A DNA stretch of 56,485 bases from a virus (taxonomy: Duplodnaviria; Caudoviricetes), in the IMG/VR virus record IMGVR_UViG_3300011440_000004, positions 1-56,485 of that record; one strand, given 5' to 3'. Below the pieces are notes generated by a model. It made no database searches. It was given only the letters and a program-made list of their open reading frames with translations, and was not told the origin of the DNA. Below, in pieces: positions 29,507-38,667 of the stretch. Made by a program: the position numbers and the translations under genes. How positions within the stretch are numbered: position 1 is the stretch's first letter; each line of letters begins with the position of its first letter.

Positions 29507-30802
29507 TCAGGGCTCGATCGTGACGTTGTCCCAGTGCCAGGTGTACCGACAGCCGGTCAGCGAGCCGACCTGCCGACACGCTTCGCCATCCTTGTCGGGC
29601 GTGTAGGAGTGCTGCTCCAGGATGACGCGGGCGTCGGTCGGGAAGTGGCCGGGGAACGTCTGCGAGAACGTGCCGTTGACGCCTTGGTCGATCGTGACCG
29701 TGACCGTGTCGTTGGCGTTCGCGGTGATGCAGTGCTGCCGGCGGATCGCACGCGACTCCTGGCCTTGGACGTCTCGGTCCCACTGATACCCGGAGTTCGT
29801 GAACCGGGGCCCGTTGGCGAACACGTTGAGACCCCAGTACTGGCCGTGGACCATCACACCCCATGTGGTGGCGTCGTGCTGCTTGGTCTTGTCGTCGACA
29901 CCGACGAACTCGGGGTTGACGTGGGTCAGGTCACCGTCGGCGACCTTCGCCGCGGGGACGACGACCACCTCGGTCCACTGGCGGCCACCCTGCTCGGTGA
30001 CGTTCTGATCCCAGCAGACGCGGCCGATGGTGGGGAACGTCTGGCGGGGTGACATCGACAGTGTCGAGTAGCCGTCGACGTCGCCCATCGACGTCATCAT
30101 GTGGGCGTTGCCGACGCCGCCGTCGGTGCCGCACCGGTAGAAGTGCTGCGACCGGTCGCCGTGGGCGTCGATGGTTCGGAAGGTGTCGGCGGTGCCGCAT
30201 GCGACGTCGTGGTCGGCGCGCCACGTGTTCGTGCCGACCGGGCTGGGCGGGGTGTCGGCGTCGGCGCGGTGGTGGACGTCGAGGTCCCAGCGGGCCCGCC
30301 AGTTCTCGCCGTCGGTGTAGGTCTCGACGAACGAACCACCACCGGGCACCGTCGTCGTCGTTGACGTGGTCGAGGTGGTGGTCGTCGACGTCGTGCTCGT
30401 GGTCGACGTCGTTGAGGTGGTCGAGCTCGTCGACGTGGACGTAGCGGGGACCGTCGTGGTGGTGGCCGCAGTCGTGGACGTCGACGAGCTCGTGGTGGTG
30501 GTCGACGTGGGCGGGCCGGGCAGCACGTGCAGGATGCGGCCGGCGAGCAGCGTCGACGAGATGGTGGTGCCGTTCTGGCGTGCGAGTTCGTTGCCGGTCA
30601 GGTTGTACCGGTTCGCTATCCCGATCCACGAGTCGTTCGCGACGACGCGGTAGTGGATCACGGCCGGCACCTCGTCGGCGAGCGCCGACCGGGCCGGCAC
30701 CGATCGAGACACGACCGGCGGCACGAACACGGCGGCGCCGATACCGGCACCGAACAGCAGGCCGATGGCGAGGGCCCCCTTGCGGCGGGACATCGGGGTC
30801 AT
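29507..30802 (-). CDS. Secreted/membrane LysM-domain protein with Thr/Ser-rich linker
   Basis: Hydrophobic N-terminus; YRVVANDSWIGIANRYNLTGNELARQNG...L.AGRILHV (LysM). Confidence 0.75.
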   Translation of the reverse strand: MTPMSRRKGALAIGLLFGAGIGAAVFVPPVVSRSVPARSALADEVPAVIHYRVVANDSWIGIANRYNLTGNELARQNGTTISSTLLAGRILHVLPGPPTSTTTTSSSTSTTAATTTTVPATSTSTSSTTSTTSTTSTTSTTTTSTTSTTTTVPGGGSFVETYTDGENWRARWDLDVHHRADADTPPSPVGTNTWRADHDVACGTADTFRTIDAHGDRSQHFYRCGTDGGVGNAHMMTSMGDVDGYSTLSMSPRQTFPTIGRVCWDQNVTEQGGRQWTEVVVVPAAKVADGDLTHVNPEFVGVDDKTKQHDATTWGVMVHGQYWGLNVFANGPRFTNSGYQWDRDVQGQESRAIRRQHCITANANDTVTVTIDQGVNGTFSQTFPGHFPTDARVILEQHSYTPDKDGEACRQVGSLTGCRYTWHWDNVTIEP

Positions 30803-30803
30803 G

Positions 30804-31532
30804 TCAGCCGCCGGACGGCAGGGTCAGCTCGTAGGTGGTCTGCAGCGAGTCACCGTTCGTCGAGTCGAGGTTCACCGCGGAGAACACCGACCGGTCGAGC
30901 AACACGCCCTGGCCGACGTCGACGTCGGAGAAGATGCCGTGCTCGGTGACCGCGATCGTGCCACCCGAGTCGGGGGTCAGGGTGGCGACGGTGCGATAGA
31001 TGTTCGCCGACGCACCCTCGGTCGTGGTGCCGGTCGGGCGGGTCGAGTTCGTCACGTACTGCGTCGTCAGCTCGGTGACGAGCGCGGTGTCGCCGGCGGC
31101 CTCGGCGGTGGTGCCGGTGCCGTACCCGTGATATTTCATCTCCTCCAACTCGACGATGTTCTGGAAGGCGTCGACGATGTAGCCGACTCCGACCGTGGTG
31201 ACGACTCGCAGCGAGGCGAGACCCAGCGGCACGACGGTGCCGTCGCCGCGGCGCACCGCGAGGTACAGCGCGCCGTAGAACGTCGACAGGTTGAGCTTGT
31301 CGGCGAGCTTGACGCGGCGGATGCCGCGCCACAGGTTCGGCAGGTTCCGCAGACGCCAGTCGTTCACCTCTGGCGACACCTCCGACGAGGGGAGACCGAA
31401 CCGGGAGATGACACGCCGGTCGGTGTTCGGCGGGTACTCGACGAACGGGCGGGGACCGAGGCGGTCGCCTCGGATCACGTGCAGACCGAGAGACCCGGTC
31501 GGAGCAATCACACCTTCGGTGGCTGGCGGCAT
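30804..31532 (-). CDS. Virion structural protein
   Basis: GTGTTAEAAGDTALVTE...VTEHGIF...LLDRSVFSAVNL. Confidence 0.65.
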   Translation of the reverse strand: MPPATEGVIAPTGSLGLHVIRGDRLGPRPFVEYPPNTDRRVISRFGLPSSEVSPEVNDWRLRNLPNLWRGIRRVKLADKLNLSTFYGALYLAVRRGDGTVVPLGLASLRVVTTVGVGYIVDAFQNIVELEEMKYHGYGTGTTAEAAGDTALVTELTTQYVTNSTRPTGTTTEGASANIYRTVATLTPDSGGTIAVTEHGIFSDVDVGQGVLLDRSVFSAVNLDSTNGDSLQTTYELTLPSGG

Positions 31533-31546
31533 GGTCTAAACGTACC

Positions 31547-32410
31547 TCACGATCCGGTCAGGCCGGTGGTGTCGACTTCGGCGGCGATCAGTGCGCATTC
31601 GTCCCACACCCACGTGGCGAGCTTGGCGACGTACATCGTCACCGTGTTGACGTCGTGGTCGTGCGCTTGCGCCTTGGCGAGCGCCGCCTCGAACGAGCCG
31701 GGCACGATCTGCGCTTCGCCGAGGTCGACGCGGATCGGCGACGTGCCGTACATCCACTGCGACCCGACGTCGGGTGTGATGTCGCCGGGGCCGGCGCCGT
31801 TGTAGCCGGCGTCGATCACCACGATGTTCTCGGTGGCGGTCACCCACAGTTGGCCGTCGCGTCGCATCGCCGACTCCGACATCAGCAGCGTCGCCACCGC
31901 GGGCGACACGTGGATCATGCCGCGCTGGCCGCGCATCGCTTCGGCGAGCTCGCCCTCCAACGCCGCGAGAGCGAACGCCGCGGGGACTGCCCCGGAGGTG
32001 GCGTCGACGGTGGCGTCGTTGAGCGACAGCATGCCGGTGGTCGTGCCGGGCGCACCCGTCGATAGCTGCTTGGCGAGCCAGTACGACTCGACGGCGTTGA
32101 TGGCGCGCTCGGCCCGGCCGCGCCAGTCACGCCGGTTGATGTCGAGCGCCGAGCAGCGGTCGGTCGCGAAGATCGCGAACGTGGTGCCCGACACCACATC
32201 CGGGTTCGTCGCAACCTCCATGCCGTCGGGGGTGGACCCGACGCAGTCGATGTCGACGATGCCGCCACGAGACGCACCGCACAGCTCGGGGTCGAACGTC
32301 CAGCCGTGCAGCAGCGCTTGAGGTGGCAGGTCGGCGTCGACCGCGACAGCGACGAGCGAGTAGCGGGGCGGTTGCGCGGGCGGCGCATTGATCGGAGTCG
32401 GGTCTGCCAT
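31547..32410 (-). CDS. Capsid-associated (minor capsid/decoration) protein
   Basis: Directly after the major capsid gene; GMIH...VVIDAGY...WMYGT. Confidence 0.6.
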   Translation of the reverse strand: MADPTPINAPPAQPPRYSLVAVAVDADLPPQALLHGWTFDPELCGASRGGIVDIDCVGSTPDGMEVATNPDVVSGTTFAIFATDRCSALDINRRDWRGRAERAINAVESYWLAKQLSTGAPGTTTGMLSLNDATVDATSGAVPAAFALAALEGELAEAMRGQRGMIHVSPAVATLLMSESAMRRDGQLWVTATENIVVIDAGYNGAGPGDITPDVGSQWMYGTSPIRVDLGEAQIVPGSFEAALAKAQAHDHDVNTVTMYVAKLATWVWDECALIAAEVDTTGLTGS

Positions 32411-32446
32411 GCGCTACATCATTCCACGCGGTTTGGTCGATCGGTT

Positions 32447-32506
32447 GTGGCGGCGGGCCTCGGGCGAGACACCGCAAGAGCCCCGATGCCCGGGACCCGC
32501 CGCCAC
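32447..32506 (-). terminator. 19-bp stem / 22-nt loop hairpin after the major capsid gene
   Basis: Arms 32447-32465 and 32488-32506. Confidence 0.6.
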
Positions 32507-32513
32507 GCTCAGG

Positions 32514-34280
32514 TCAGCTGCCCGTCGTCGCGATGTCGATTTCGGTGCAGCACGAGTACGTGCCGTTCGGGACGATGTCGAACGTGATCCGCAACGACTC
32601 GCGGCCGTGGTGGTGGGCGTTCTCGAACGTCTCGGCGAAGAACTCGGCGTCGTTGGTGTCGTTCAGGACCGAGTCGCGGTAGATGCCCTGGTTGAACTCG
32701 CCGCCGTCGAGGAACAGCCACTCGCCGACCGGATGCAGGTAGGTGATGGCGGTGTCGGGCCACGGGTTGAGGGTGCCGTCGATCTGCGCCGAGAACCCCT
32801 GGCCGGTCTCGCCGTCGAGGTGCCATGCCGGCGTGATGCCACGAGCAGCGAACCACCGTGCGATCGCGGCGTCGGCGAGCGCGAGGGTTTCGTCCATCGT
32901 GCCGACCGGGATGCCACGAGCGACCGACGTGCGGATGTTGTTCTGCATCCACCCCGGGGCGATGAACGCGAACCGCATGTTGGGGTCGCGGTGGCGGTAC
33001 ACGAACCCGGCGGTGGCGCGGTCGAGACCGGCGAGCACGTCGCGTTCGGTCGACAACAGCTCGCCGACCGTCACCGCCTCGGACCCGGCGGCGATCGTGG
33101 TCAGCAGCTTGTTCTCGGCGACGCGGGCCTGCTCGACGAGGAGCAGCCGCTGCCATGCCTCGGCCTGCTCCCGGAAGTAGCGCAGACCGAAGTTGCCGAA
33201 CACGAGCCGGCCGACGACGGCGTCGACAGTGGTCGTCTCCGGGGTCGGACAGGTGGCCCGCATCTTCGCCTTGACGGCGGGGTCGGGCGACGCGCCACCG
33301 GGGAGTGCGGCGAGGTCGTTGGCGTGGGTCCACACCGTGATGCCGGCGGCGGCGGCGCCGAGGATCGGAGGCGGCAACGTCGACACACCGCCGCGGGCCT
33401 CGGCACCGAACCGGGCCAGGGCGTCACGCACCGGCCGGTCGGTCGAGCCGACGACGGGCAGCGAGTAGTCGACATTGATCGGGGCGCAGATGCCACCCGC
33501 GGCGGCGAGCGCCCGGGTGTTCGTCGCCGCGGCGACCTTGCGGGTGTTCTCGGCCGAGTCGCCGGTGAGGCGACGCTCGTTCGGGAACATCGCCAACGCA
33601 CGCATCGACTGCACCGGGATCTTCGGGTTGCCGCCGATCCACTCCTGCGACGCGATGTAGGCCTCTTCCCAGGTGCGAATCGCCATCTCGGCGTCGAGTT
33701 CCTGGCCGGGCTGAGCGCCGGCGTAGGCGCCGGCGGCGACGAGCGGTGCGCGCTGCACCTGCGCCGCGGGGACGTGCGGCTGCGACGCCGGGGGCCGGCG
33801 TGCGTTGACGTTCGAGATGCGCGGCTGCGGCGTGGCTGCTGCGGCGACGGGCTCGGCGACGGGCGGGGTCTCGGCCGCGTCGTCGGCAGGCGGGGTCTCG
33901 GCCGGCGCAGCATCAGGGTCGTCGACCGGGGCGGCATCGGGGTCGTCCGGGTCCGGGTTCTCGGGGTCGGCGTTGTCGGGGTCGAGCGCGGCGATGGCCT
34001 CGGCGAGCTCGGCGCGCTGCGTCTCTCGGTTGGCGTCGTCGGCGTCGAGCGCGGCGATGCGCTCCACGAGCGCCGTCGACGCGGCAGACACCACGCCGAG
34101 CGCGGCGAGGGTCTCGTCGGTGGCGTCTGCGGCGAGCAGTTCGGCGCCGGCGGCACGCAACGCGTCGCGGCACCCTTCGACGTCGTCGCGGCTCAGGGCG
34201 GCGACGAGACCGAGCAGCTCGGTGCGCTGCTCGTCGGTGATGGCTGCGCCCAAGGCGAGCAGTTCGAGAATGCGGTCCAT
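32514..34280 (-). CDS. Major capsid protein with N-terminal scaffold-like region
   Basis: ALAAAGGICAP...RPVRDAL..F.A.RGG...LGIYRDS-type actinophage MCP motifs; AGGAG RBS. Confidence 0.85.
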   Translation of the reverse strand: MDRILELLALGAAITDEQRTELLGLVAALSRDDVEGCRDALRAAGAELLAADATDETLAALGVVSAASTALVERIAALDADDANRETQRAELAEAIAALDPDNADPENPDPDDPDAAPVDDPDAAPAETPPADDAAETPPVAEPVAAAATPQPRISNVNARRPPASQPHVPAAQVQRAPLVAAGAYAGAQPGQELDAEMAIRTWEEAYIASQEWIGGNPKIPVQSMRALAMFPNERRLTGDSAENTRKVAAATNTRALAAAGGICAPINVDYSLPVVGSTDRPVRDALARFGAEARGGVSTLPPPILGAAAAGITVWTHANDLAALPGGASPDPAVKAKMRATCPTPETTTVDAVVGRLVFGNFGLRYFREQAEAWQRLLLVEQARVAENKLLTTIAAGSEAVTVGELLSTERDVLAGLDRATAGFVYRHRDPNMRFAFIAPGWMQNNIRTSVARGIPVGTMDETLALADAAIARWFAARGITPAWHLDGETGQGFSAQIDGTLNPWPDTAITYLHPVGEWLFLDGGEFNQGIYRDSVLNDTNDAEFFAETFENAHHHGRESLRITFDIVPNGTYSCCTEIDIATTGS

Positions 34281-34412
34281 GTGGGTGTCTCCTACGTGAT
34301 GACGGATCGGGAGTGGTGGTGCGGCCTCCCGGTGGAGACGTGGACCCGACTAGGGCGGGACGCTCAAACCTTGGCCTTCGGGCGGGACGTTACAGGATCA
34401 GCGCGCGCCGTG

Positions 34413-34444
34413 CACGCGTCTCGTGTCGATCGACGTCACGTGTC
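34413..34444. repeat. Two CACGYGTC units 24 bp apart upstream of the capsid gene
   Basis: CACGCGTC 34413, CACGTGTC 34437; candidate -10 TAACGT at 34392-34387. Confidence 0.4.
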
Positions 34445-36065
34445 AGACGGCGGCCTCGGTCTCGCCGAGCATGATGCGGGCGGCGAGGTGGTCGCGTTCG
34501 GCCGGGATCAGGTGCCGGGTGCGCCGGTCGATCGCAGACACCATCGCGAGCACGCGGTCGATCCGGTCGTCGCTGCGACCGTTGCGCGCCGACAGCCGCT
34601 TGCCGGCGGCGGGCCGGTGGTCCTGGCCGCACGCCGAGCAGTGCACCATCCCGGACGCGACGAGCGCTTCGACACGCGCCGGGGCCGGGCGCACGATGCC
34701 GATGCCACGCATCGCGATGACACGGCCGTCGCGCACGGTGATGCGCGGCAACGGGTCGGCGAGTTGGATGCCACCGGCGGCGACGAGACGCTGGCGGGTG
34801 ATCGGGAACCCGGGAAGGTTGCACGATTGCAGGCCGAACATGTCGAGCTCGTAGTCGCCCCACTCGCGCCAATCCCCCGACACCCCGGACGCGCGCAGCA
34901 CGTTGACGGCGTGCGGTGTCACGTCGGCGCGCACGACACCGGAGAACCATCCGCCGTTGCGGCCGTTCGACGCACGCACCGACGCCCACCCGAGCGTGGT
35001 GTTGGCGTAGTGGTCTCGGGCCTGCTGCGCGGTGATGCCGACGAGCGGCGCATGGTCGAGGCCGTACACGAGGGTGCCGACCGGCGGCCCACCCGGCGAC
35101 GGGTTGGCGTGCAGATTGAAGTTCGCGTAGTCGGTCGGCGACGACGGCGCGGTGCGGCACTCGTTCGGGTAGCCGATGTGGCAGGCGCCCTCGGGGTAGA
35201 TGTGGCCGTACACGTGGCGCCAGCCTGCGTCGTCGCCGTCTTCGATCGTGAGCGGCACAGCGATGCCACCGGTCGACAACTGCGGCACGTTGCGCGGGTC
35301 GTCGTCGGGTGGTTCGGTCATCGTCGAGTATTCGAGCCGCGCCGGGCGCGGTGTGACGGTGATCGTCCCGGACGCCGCGACGGGTTCTGCCGATGCGTCG
35401 TCGTCAGCTGCGTCAGACGGCTCGGTGGTCGACGCGGCGGCGGGGTTGCCGAGCTCGATCCATGCGGTCTCGAACCCGGGGAACGGTTCGGCGGTCATGC
35501 CGGCGATGTCGTATGTGAGGAACCACGTCTCGGCCTCGATGCACCACCCGTCCTCGTCGACCTCGGTGCAGCGGTCCTCCCATGTGACCGCGCCCGGGTC
35601 GACGGACACACCGAACCGGCCCTGCGCCACGAGGACGTCGCGCAGTGCGCGGCCGGCGTCGGAGTCGTGGAACCATCCGGCCGAGAACGGGGTGCCGTTG
35701 ACGACGGTGTTCTCGTCGGCCCAGCCGGCGAGCACGGCGCCGATGTGCTGCCAGTCGGAGACGTTGTGGAACATCAGCGGCAGCGGGCCATCTCGGAACG
35801 TCCAGACGCACTCGGAGAAGTCGCGGCCGTCGCCGGTCGGTTCCTGCAACGCGACACCGTTCGGACCGGAGACCCAACGCTCGGCGAGTGCACCCTTTGG
35901 CGCGGTCGCGAGACGTGCGGCGGGTGGTGCCATCGCGGCCATCGTGGCGAGCTGGCCCCCGACGAAGACGAGGCCTTGCGTGTAGTCCGGGAACGTCGAC
36001 AGCACCGTGCCGGCGGCGTCGACGACTTCCCACTGGCCGGACGAGTTCTGGCGGATGGTGAACAT
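34443..36065 (-). CDS. Capsid maturation protease
   Basis: TGDGR.F...PLPLM...H..A...GVSVD...VYGH...SGDWR...NLPGFP; upstream of the MCP. Confidence 0.8.
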   Translation of the reverse strand: MFTIRQNSSGQWEVVDAAGTVLSTFPDYTQGLVFVGGQLATMAAMAPPAARLATAPKGALAERWVSGPNGVALQEPTGDGRDFSECVWTFRDGPLPLMFHNVSDWQHIGAVLAGWADENTVVNGTPFSAGWFHDSDAGRALRDVLVAQGRFGVSVDPGAVTWEDRCTEVDEDGWCIEAETWFLTYDIAGMTAEPFPGFETAWIELGNPAAASTTEPSDAADDDASAEPVAASGTITVTPRPARLEYSTMTEPPDDDPRNVPQLSTGGIAVPLTIEDGDDAGWRHVYGHIYPEGACHIGYPNECRTAPSSPTDYANFNLHANPSPGGPPVGTLVYGLDHAPLVGITAQQARDHYANTTLGWASVRASNGRNGGWFSGVVRADVTPHAVNVLRASGVSGDWREWGDYELDMFGLQSCNLPGFPITRQRLVAAGGIQLADPLPRITVRDGRVIAMRGIGIVRPAPARVEALVASGMVHCSACGQDHRPAAGKRLSARNGRSDDRIDRVLAMVSAIDRRTRHLIPAERDHLAARIMLGETEAAV

Positions 36066-36184
36066 GGCGACCGAGCGTAGTGCTATGCGCCCGGACGCGA
36101 CAGCGCCACCCGAACGGGTCCGGGTGGCGCTGTCTTCGATGCCGCAGTCGGTTGTCGTCCCTCGCGGCCTCGGGAAGTCGGGGG

Positions 36185-36886
36185 TCAGGCTACACGCCGG
36201 CGCCGGGCGATGCGCAAGATGGCGACGCCACCGAGCACGAGCGCGACGGCGATGCCGGCGTTGCGTCTGGCGTCGGAGCGGGCCCCGGTCGCGGGCAGCG
36301 TGCCCGCCACGGTGGTTTCGACGATCGCCGCTGTGGTGGTGGGCTCGTCGCAGCAGCCGACCGGTTCACACCCGCCGGTCTCATTCGTGACGCCGGTCGT
36401 ACAGATCGTGGTCGTCGGATCGGCGCCCACGGTCGTCGTGGTGGCGGCGGGCGCCGTGGTGGTGGTCGCAGGGACCGTTGTGGCCGTGGTGGTCGTGGCG
36501 GGCACCGTGGTGGTCGTGGTCTGGACCGGGCAGACCGGCGGGCGGGCGACCGTCGCCGAGTTCGACCCGGTCGCCTGATTCGACCAGGCGGCCGACACGG
36601 TCTCGGTGGCCGACGCCTGCGTGCCGGGGTAGGTGACCGTGCGGGTGAACGCCAGGTCGTCGCCCTGCGATCCGGCCGGCGCATACCCGGCCGGCGACGT
36701 GATGCGCCAGGTGAGGTCTCGATCGACGTCGGCGCGGGCGGTCCACGTGACCGACCACGTGTCGACGCGGCACTGCGTGGCGCCGGCGACGACCGGGTGA
36801 TGCGCGAGCGCCGGGGCGGCGGGGATCAGGCCGACGCCCGCCGCGATGGCGGCGCAAGCGATGACGATGCGTGTGCGGTGTCTCAT
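36185..36886 (-). CDS. Secreted LPXTG cell-wall-anchored protein
   Basis: Signal peptide (…APALA|HH), Thr-rich stalk, LPATG + hydrophobic segment + RRRR tail. Confidence 0.8.
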   Translation of the reverse strand: MRHRTRIVIACAAIAAGVGLIPAAPALAHHPVVAGATQCRVDTWSVTWTARADVDRDLTWRITSPAGYAPAGSQGDDLAFTRTVTYPGTQASATETVSAAWSNQATGSNSATVARPPVCPVQTTTTTVPATTTTATTVPATTTTAPAATTTTVGADPTTTICTTGVTNETGGCEPVGCCDEPTTTAAIVETTVAGTLPATGARSDARRNAGIAVALVLGGVAILRIARRRRVA

Positions 36887-36938
36887 TGATGGTGTCCCTT
36901 CGGGTTGTCCGACCGCGGTGGTGCGGTCGGAGACTAGA

Positions 36939-37273
36939 TCACGCGGGATTGACCGCGGAGAGCCATGCGTCGACGGTCCACGCGATGGCGAGGGTGTCGT
37001 CGGGCCCGAGCACGACGGGTTCGAGTGGCCAGTCGAACTTGGTCGGGCCGGCGTTGGCGAGCAGCACAAGACGCATCGCGGTGTAGCGGGCGGCGTCGGT
37101 GGAGTTGTGGCGGAAGTGGAACACCGGGTAGCCGTCGGAGCCTTGGCCCCAGTCGTGGGCGTGGGTCTCGACCGCGCGCTGGGGTCGCCCTGTTCGAACG
37201 TGCCGACGATGACGACCTCGGCGAACTCGCACGGCATCGTGAACGTGCGGGCCTTGGTGAGACGCTCAGCCAT
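36939..37273 (-). pseudogene. Frameshifted hypothetical gene
   Basis: GC3-biased frame switches by -1 at GACCCCAG (about 37181-37186). Confidence 0.55.
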
Positions 37274-37595
37274 CGACGTACCCGCCGTCGACGACGACAC
37301 GCATGCGCAACCATCGGCGAGAGATTGGCGCCACGCCGGCGAGCATCACGGTGAGGTCGTCCTCGATCGCACGGCACGCCGCGGCGGCGTCGCCCGACCA
37401 CTGGTCGACGGCGTCGATGGTGAGACCGGACCGGCACACGACGACGGGCTCGTAGCCCTCGCCGACGGCCAACGCTGAGCGAGTGTCGCGCACGACCTTC
37501 CACGTGTACCGGAACGTCCAGAGACGCGGCGACTGGCGCGGCATGCGCGCCGCCAGGTGAGGCGGGAGCTCGGGCGGCGGCATGTCAGCCATCAC
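37266..37595 (-). CDS. Hypothetical protein
   Basis: Coupled to its neighbours. Confidence 0.55.
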   Translation of the reverse strand: MMADMPPPELPPHLAARMPRQSPRLWTFRYTWKVVRDTRSALAVGEGYEPVVVCRSGLTIDAVDQWSGDAAAACRAIEDDLTVMLAGVAPISRRWLRMRVVVDGGYVDG

Positions 37596-37798
37596 CATGC
37601 TCCGACGAGGTCGGCGGCGGGTGAGGTCTCGCCGACGTCGACGACGCGGGCGGGCAGCGACGCGATGGCCTCGACCATGGCGCGAGCCATGCGCGTGTGG
37701 AGTTCGTCGCGCACCCGCCACCCGGCGACGAGTTCGGTGTCGAGCACGTCGACGGGCAGGGTCGAGTCGACCACGATCAGACCGCGGTGCACGGCCAT
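37592..37798 (-). CDS. Hypothetical protein
   Basis: TGATG coupling. Confidence 0.55.
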   Translation of the reverse strand: MAVHRGLIVVDSTLPVDVLDTELVAGWRVRDELHTRMARAMVEAIASLPARVVDVGETSPAADLVGAW

Positions 37799-38067
37799 CA
37801 CGCGACCGCCGCGGGCCGGTGCAGCACGAGCGGGTCGTGGATGTTGGTGCGCCACGCGGTGACGTTGACACCGCGGTACGGGTGCCACGTGACCGACCGG
37901 AACGACAGCGAGTCGTCGGCGAACCGGGCGATGGTGACGAGCGGCGTGTCGGGGCCGACCCACGACTTGGCGACCGCGACCGCGGTCAGCTCGGTGGTGC
38001 GGGTCTCTCGGGTGCGGGTGTCGTTGGGTCGGGTCGTGGTGGTGACCTCGACGGCGTAGGTGGTCAT
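37798..38067 (-). CDS. Hypothetical protein
   Basis: GGAGG RBS, ATGA coupling. Confidence 0.65.
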   Translation of the reverse strand: MTTYAVEVTTTTRPNDTRTRETRTTELTAVAVAKSWVGPDTPLVTIARFADDSLSFRSVTWHPYRGVNVTAWRTNIHDPLVLHRPAAVA

Positions 38068-38309
38068 TGCGGTGCCTCCATCAGTTCTTCGACGACGGTG
38101 GTGACGGTGACGCGGACGACACGAACCTCAACCGGGTAGCCGACCGAGATGGCGCCGGCGGCGAACCCGGCGCGGGTGCGCTCGGCCTGGTCGATGGTGG
38201 CCCACCGGTCGTACGTGCGCCACGCCCCGGTCGGGTAGTTGGGGTGGTCTCGACGAATCTGCACGTGGTAGGCGGTGGCGATGTCGACGGGTTCGTTGAC
38301 GACGATCAC
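38064..38309 (-). CDS. Hypothetical protein
   Basis: GTGA coupling. Confidence 0.6.
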   Translation of the reverse strand: MIVVNEPVDIATAYHVQIRRDHPNYPTGAWRTYDRWATIDQAERTRAGFAAGAISVGYPVEVRVVRVTVTTVVEELMEAPQ

Positions 38310-38464
38310 TTGACGACCTCGGCCTTGGCGGCGATCCATCCGGCGCGGGCGGACTCGTCGCCCCATGGGCACGACTCGCCACGCTCGAACGCGGCGTACC
38401 CGGCGAGCCATGCGGAGTTGTTGACGAGGGTCGGGGACGTCTTGCGTGTTGCGGTATCTGCCAT
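38306..38464 (-). CDS. Small MADT-start protein, Rmf/CrpP-like (not in ORF track)
   Basis: MADTATRKTSPTLVNNSAWLAGYAAFERGESCPWGDESARAGWIAAKAEVVK. Confidence 0.65.
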   Translation of the reverse strand: MADTATRKTSPTLVNNSAWLAGYAAFERGESCPWGDESARAGWIAAKAEVVK

Positions 38465-38500
38465 GGCCGAGACGATACACAACCGGGGTTAGGAACGCAA
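38453..38500 (-). promoter_or_regulatory. MADT cassette copy 5
   Basis: TTGCGT-tcct-AACCCCGGTT-gtg-TATCGT-7nt-ATGGCAGATACC. Confidence 0.8.
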
Positions 38501-38502
38501 GG

Positions 38503-38667
38503 TTATCCACCCGGTGTGGACAAGTCGCCGGCGTCGTCCGGTCTCGGCAGGGTGTCGTCTGCGGCGAGCTCGTCGAGAACCGAGTCGATCGAGACCGGCG
38601 TCACGAGGTCGCCGTCGACGATGAGGTCGTCGTACGGTCGGTCGCCGAACCGGTTGTCGTCGGTCAT
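38503..38667 (-). CDS. Small acidic protein (possible immunity partner)
   Basis: ATGA-coupled to the MuF-peptidase gene; Asp-rich. Confidence 0.5.
   Translation of the reverse strand: MTDDNRFGDRPYDDLIVDGDLVTPVSIDSVLDELAADDTLPRPDDAGDLSTPGG

Noticed and set aside
30350-30510. GTC/GTG-rich simple repeat
   Set aside because: Explained by the Thr/Ser linker of the LysM protein
32401-32440. Ninth MADT cassette (ATGGCAGAC, MADP)
   Set aside because: Only 8 nt match; no TTGC -35 or AACCnnGGTT box
32388-36080. Very long plus-strand ORFs (e.g. 1230 aa here, 655 aa at 5436, 634 aa at 26595)
   Set aside because: Antisense shadows of GC3-rich minus-strand genes; no recognisable motifs
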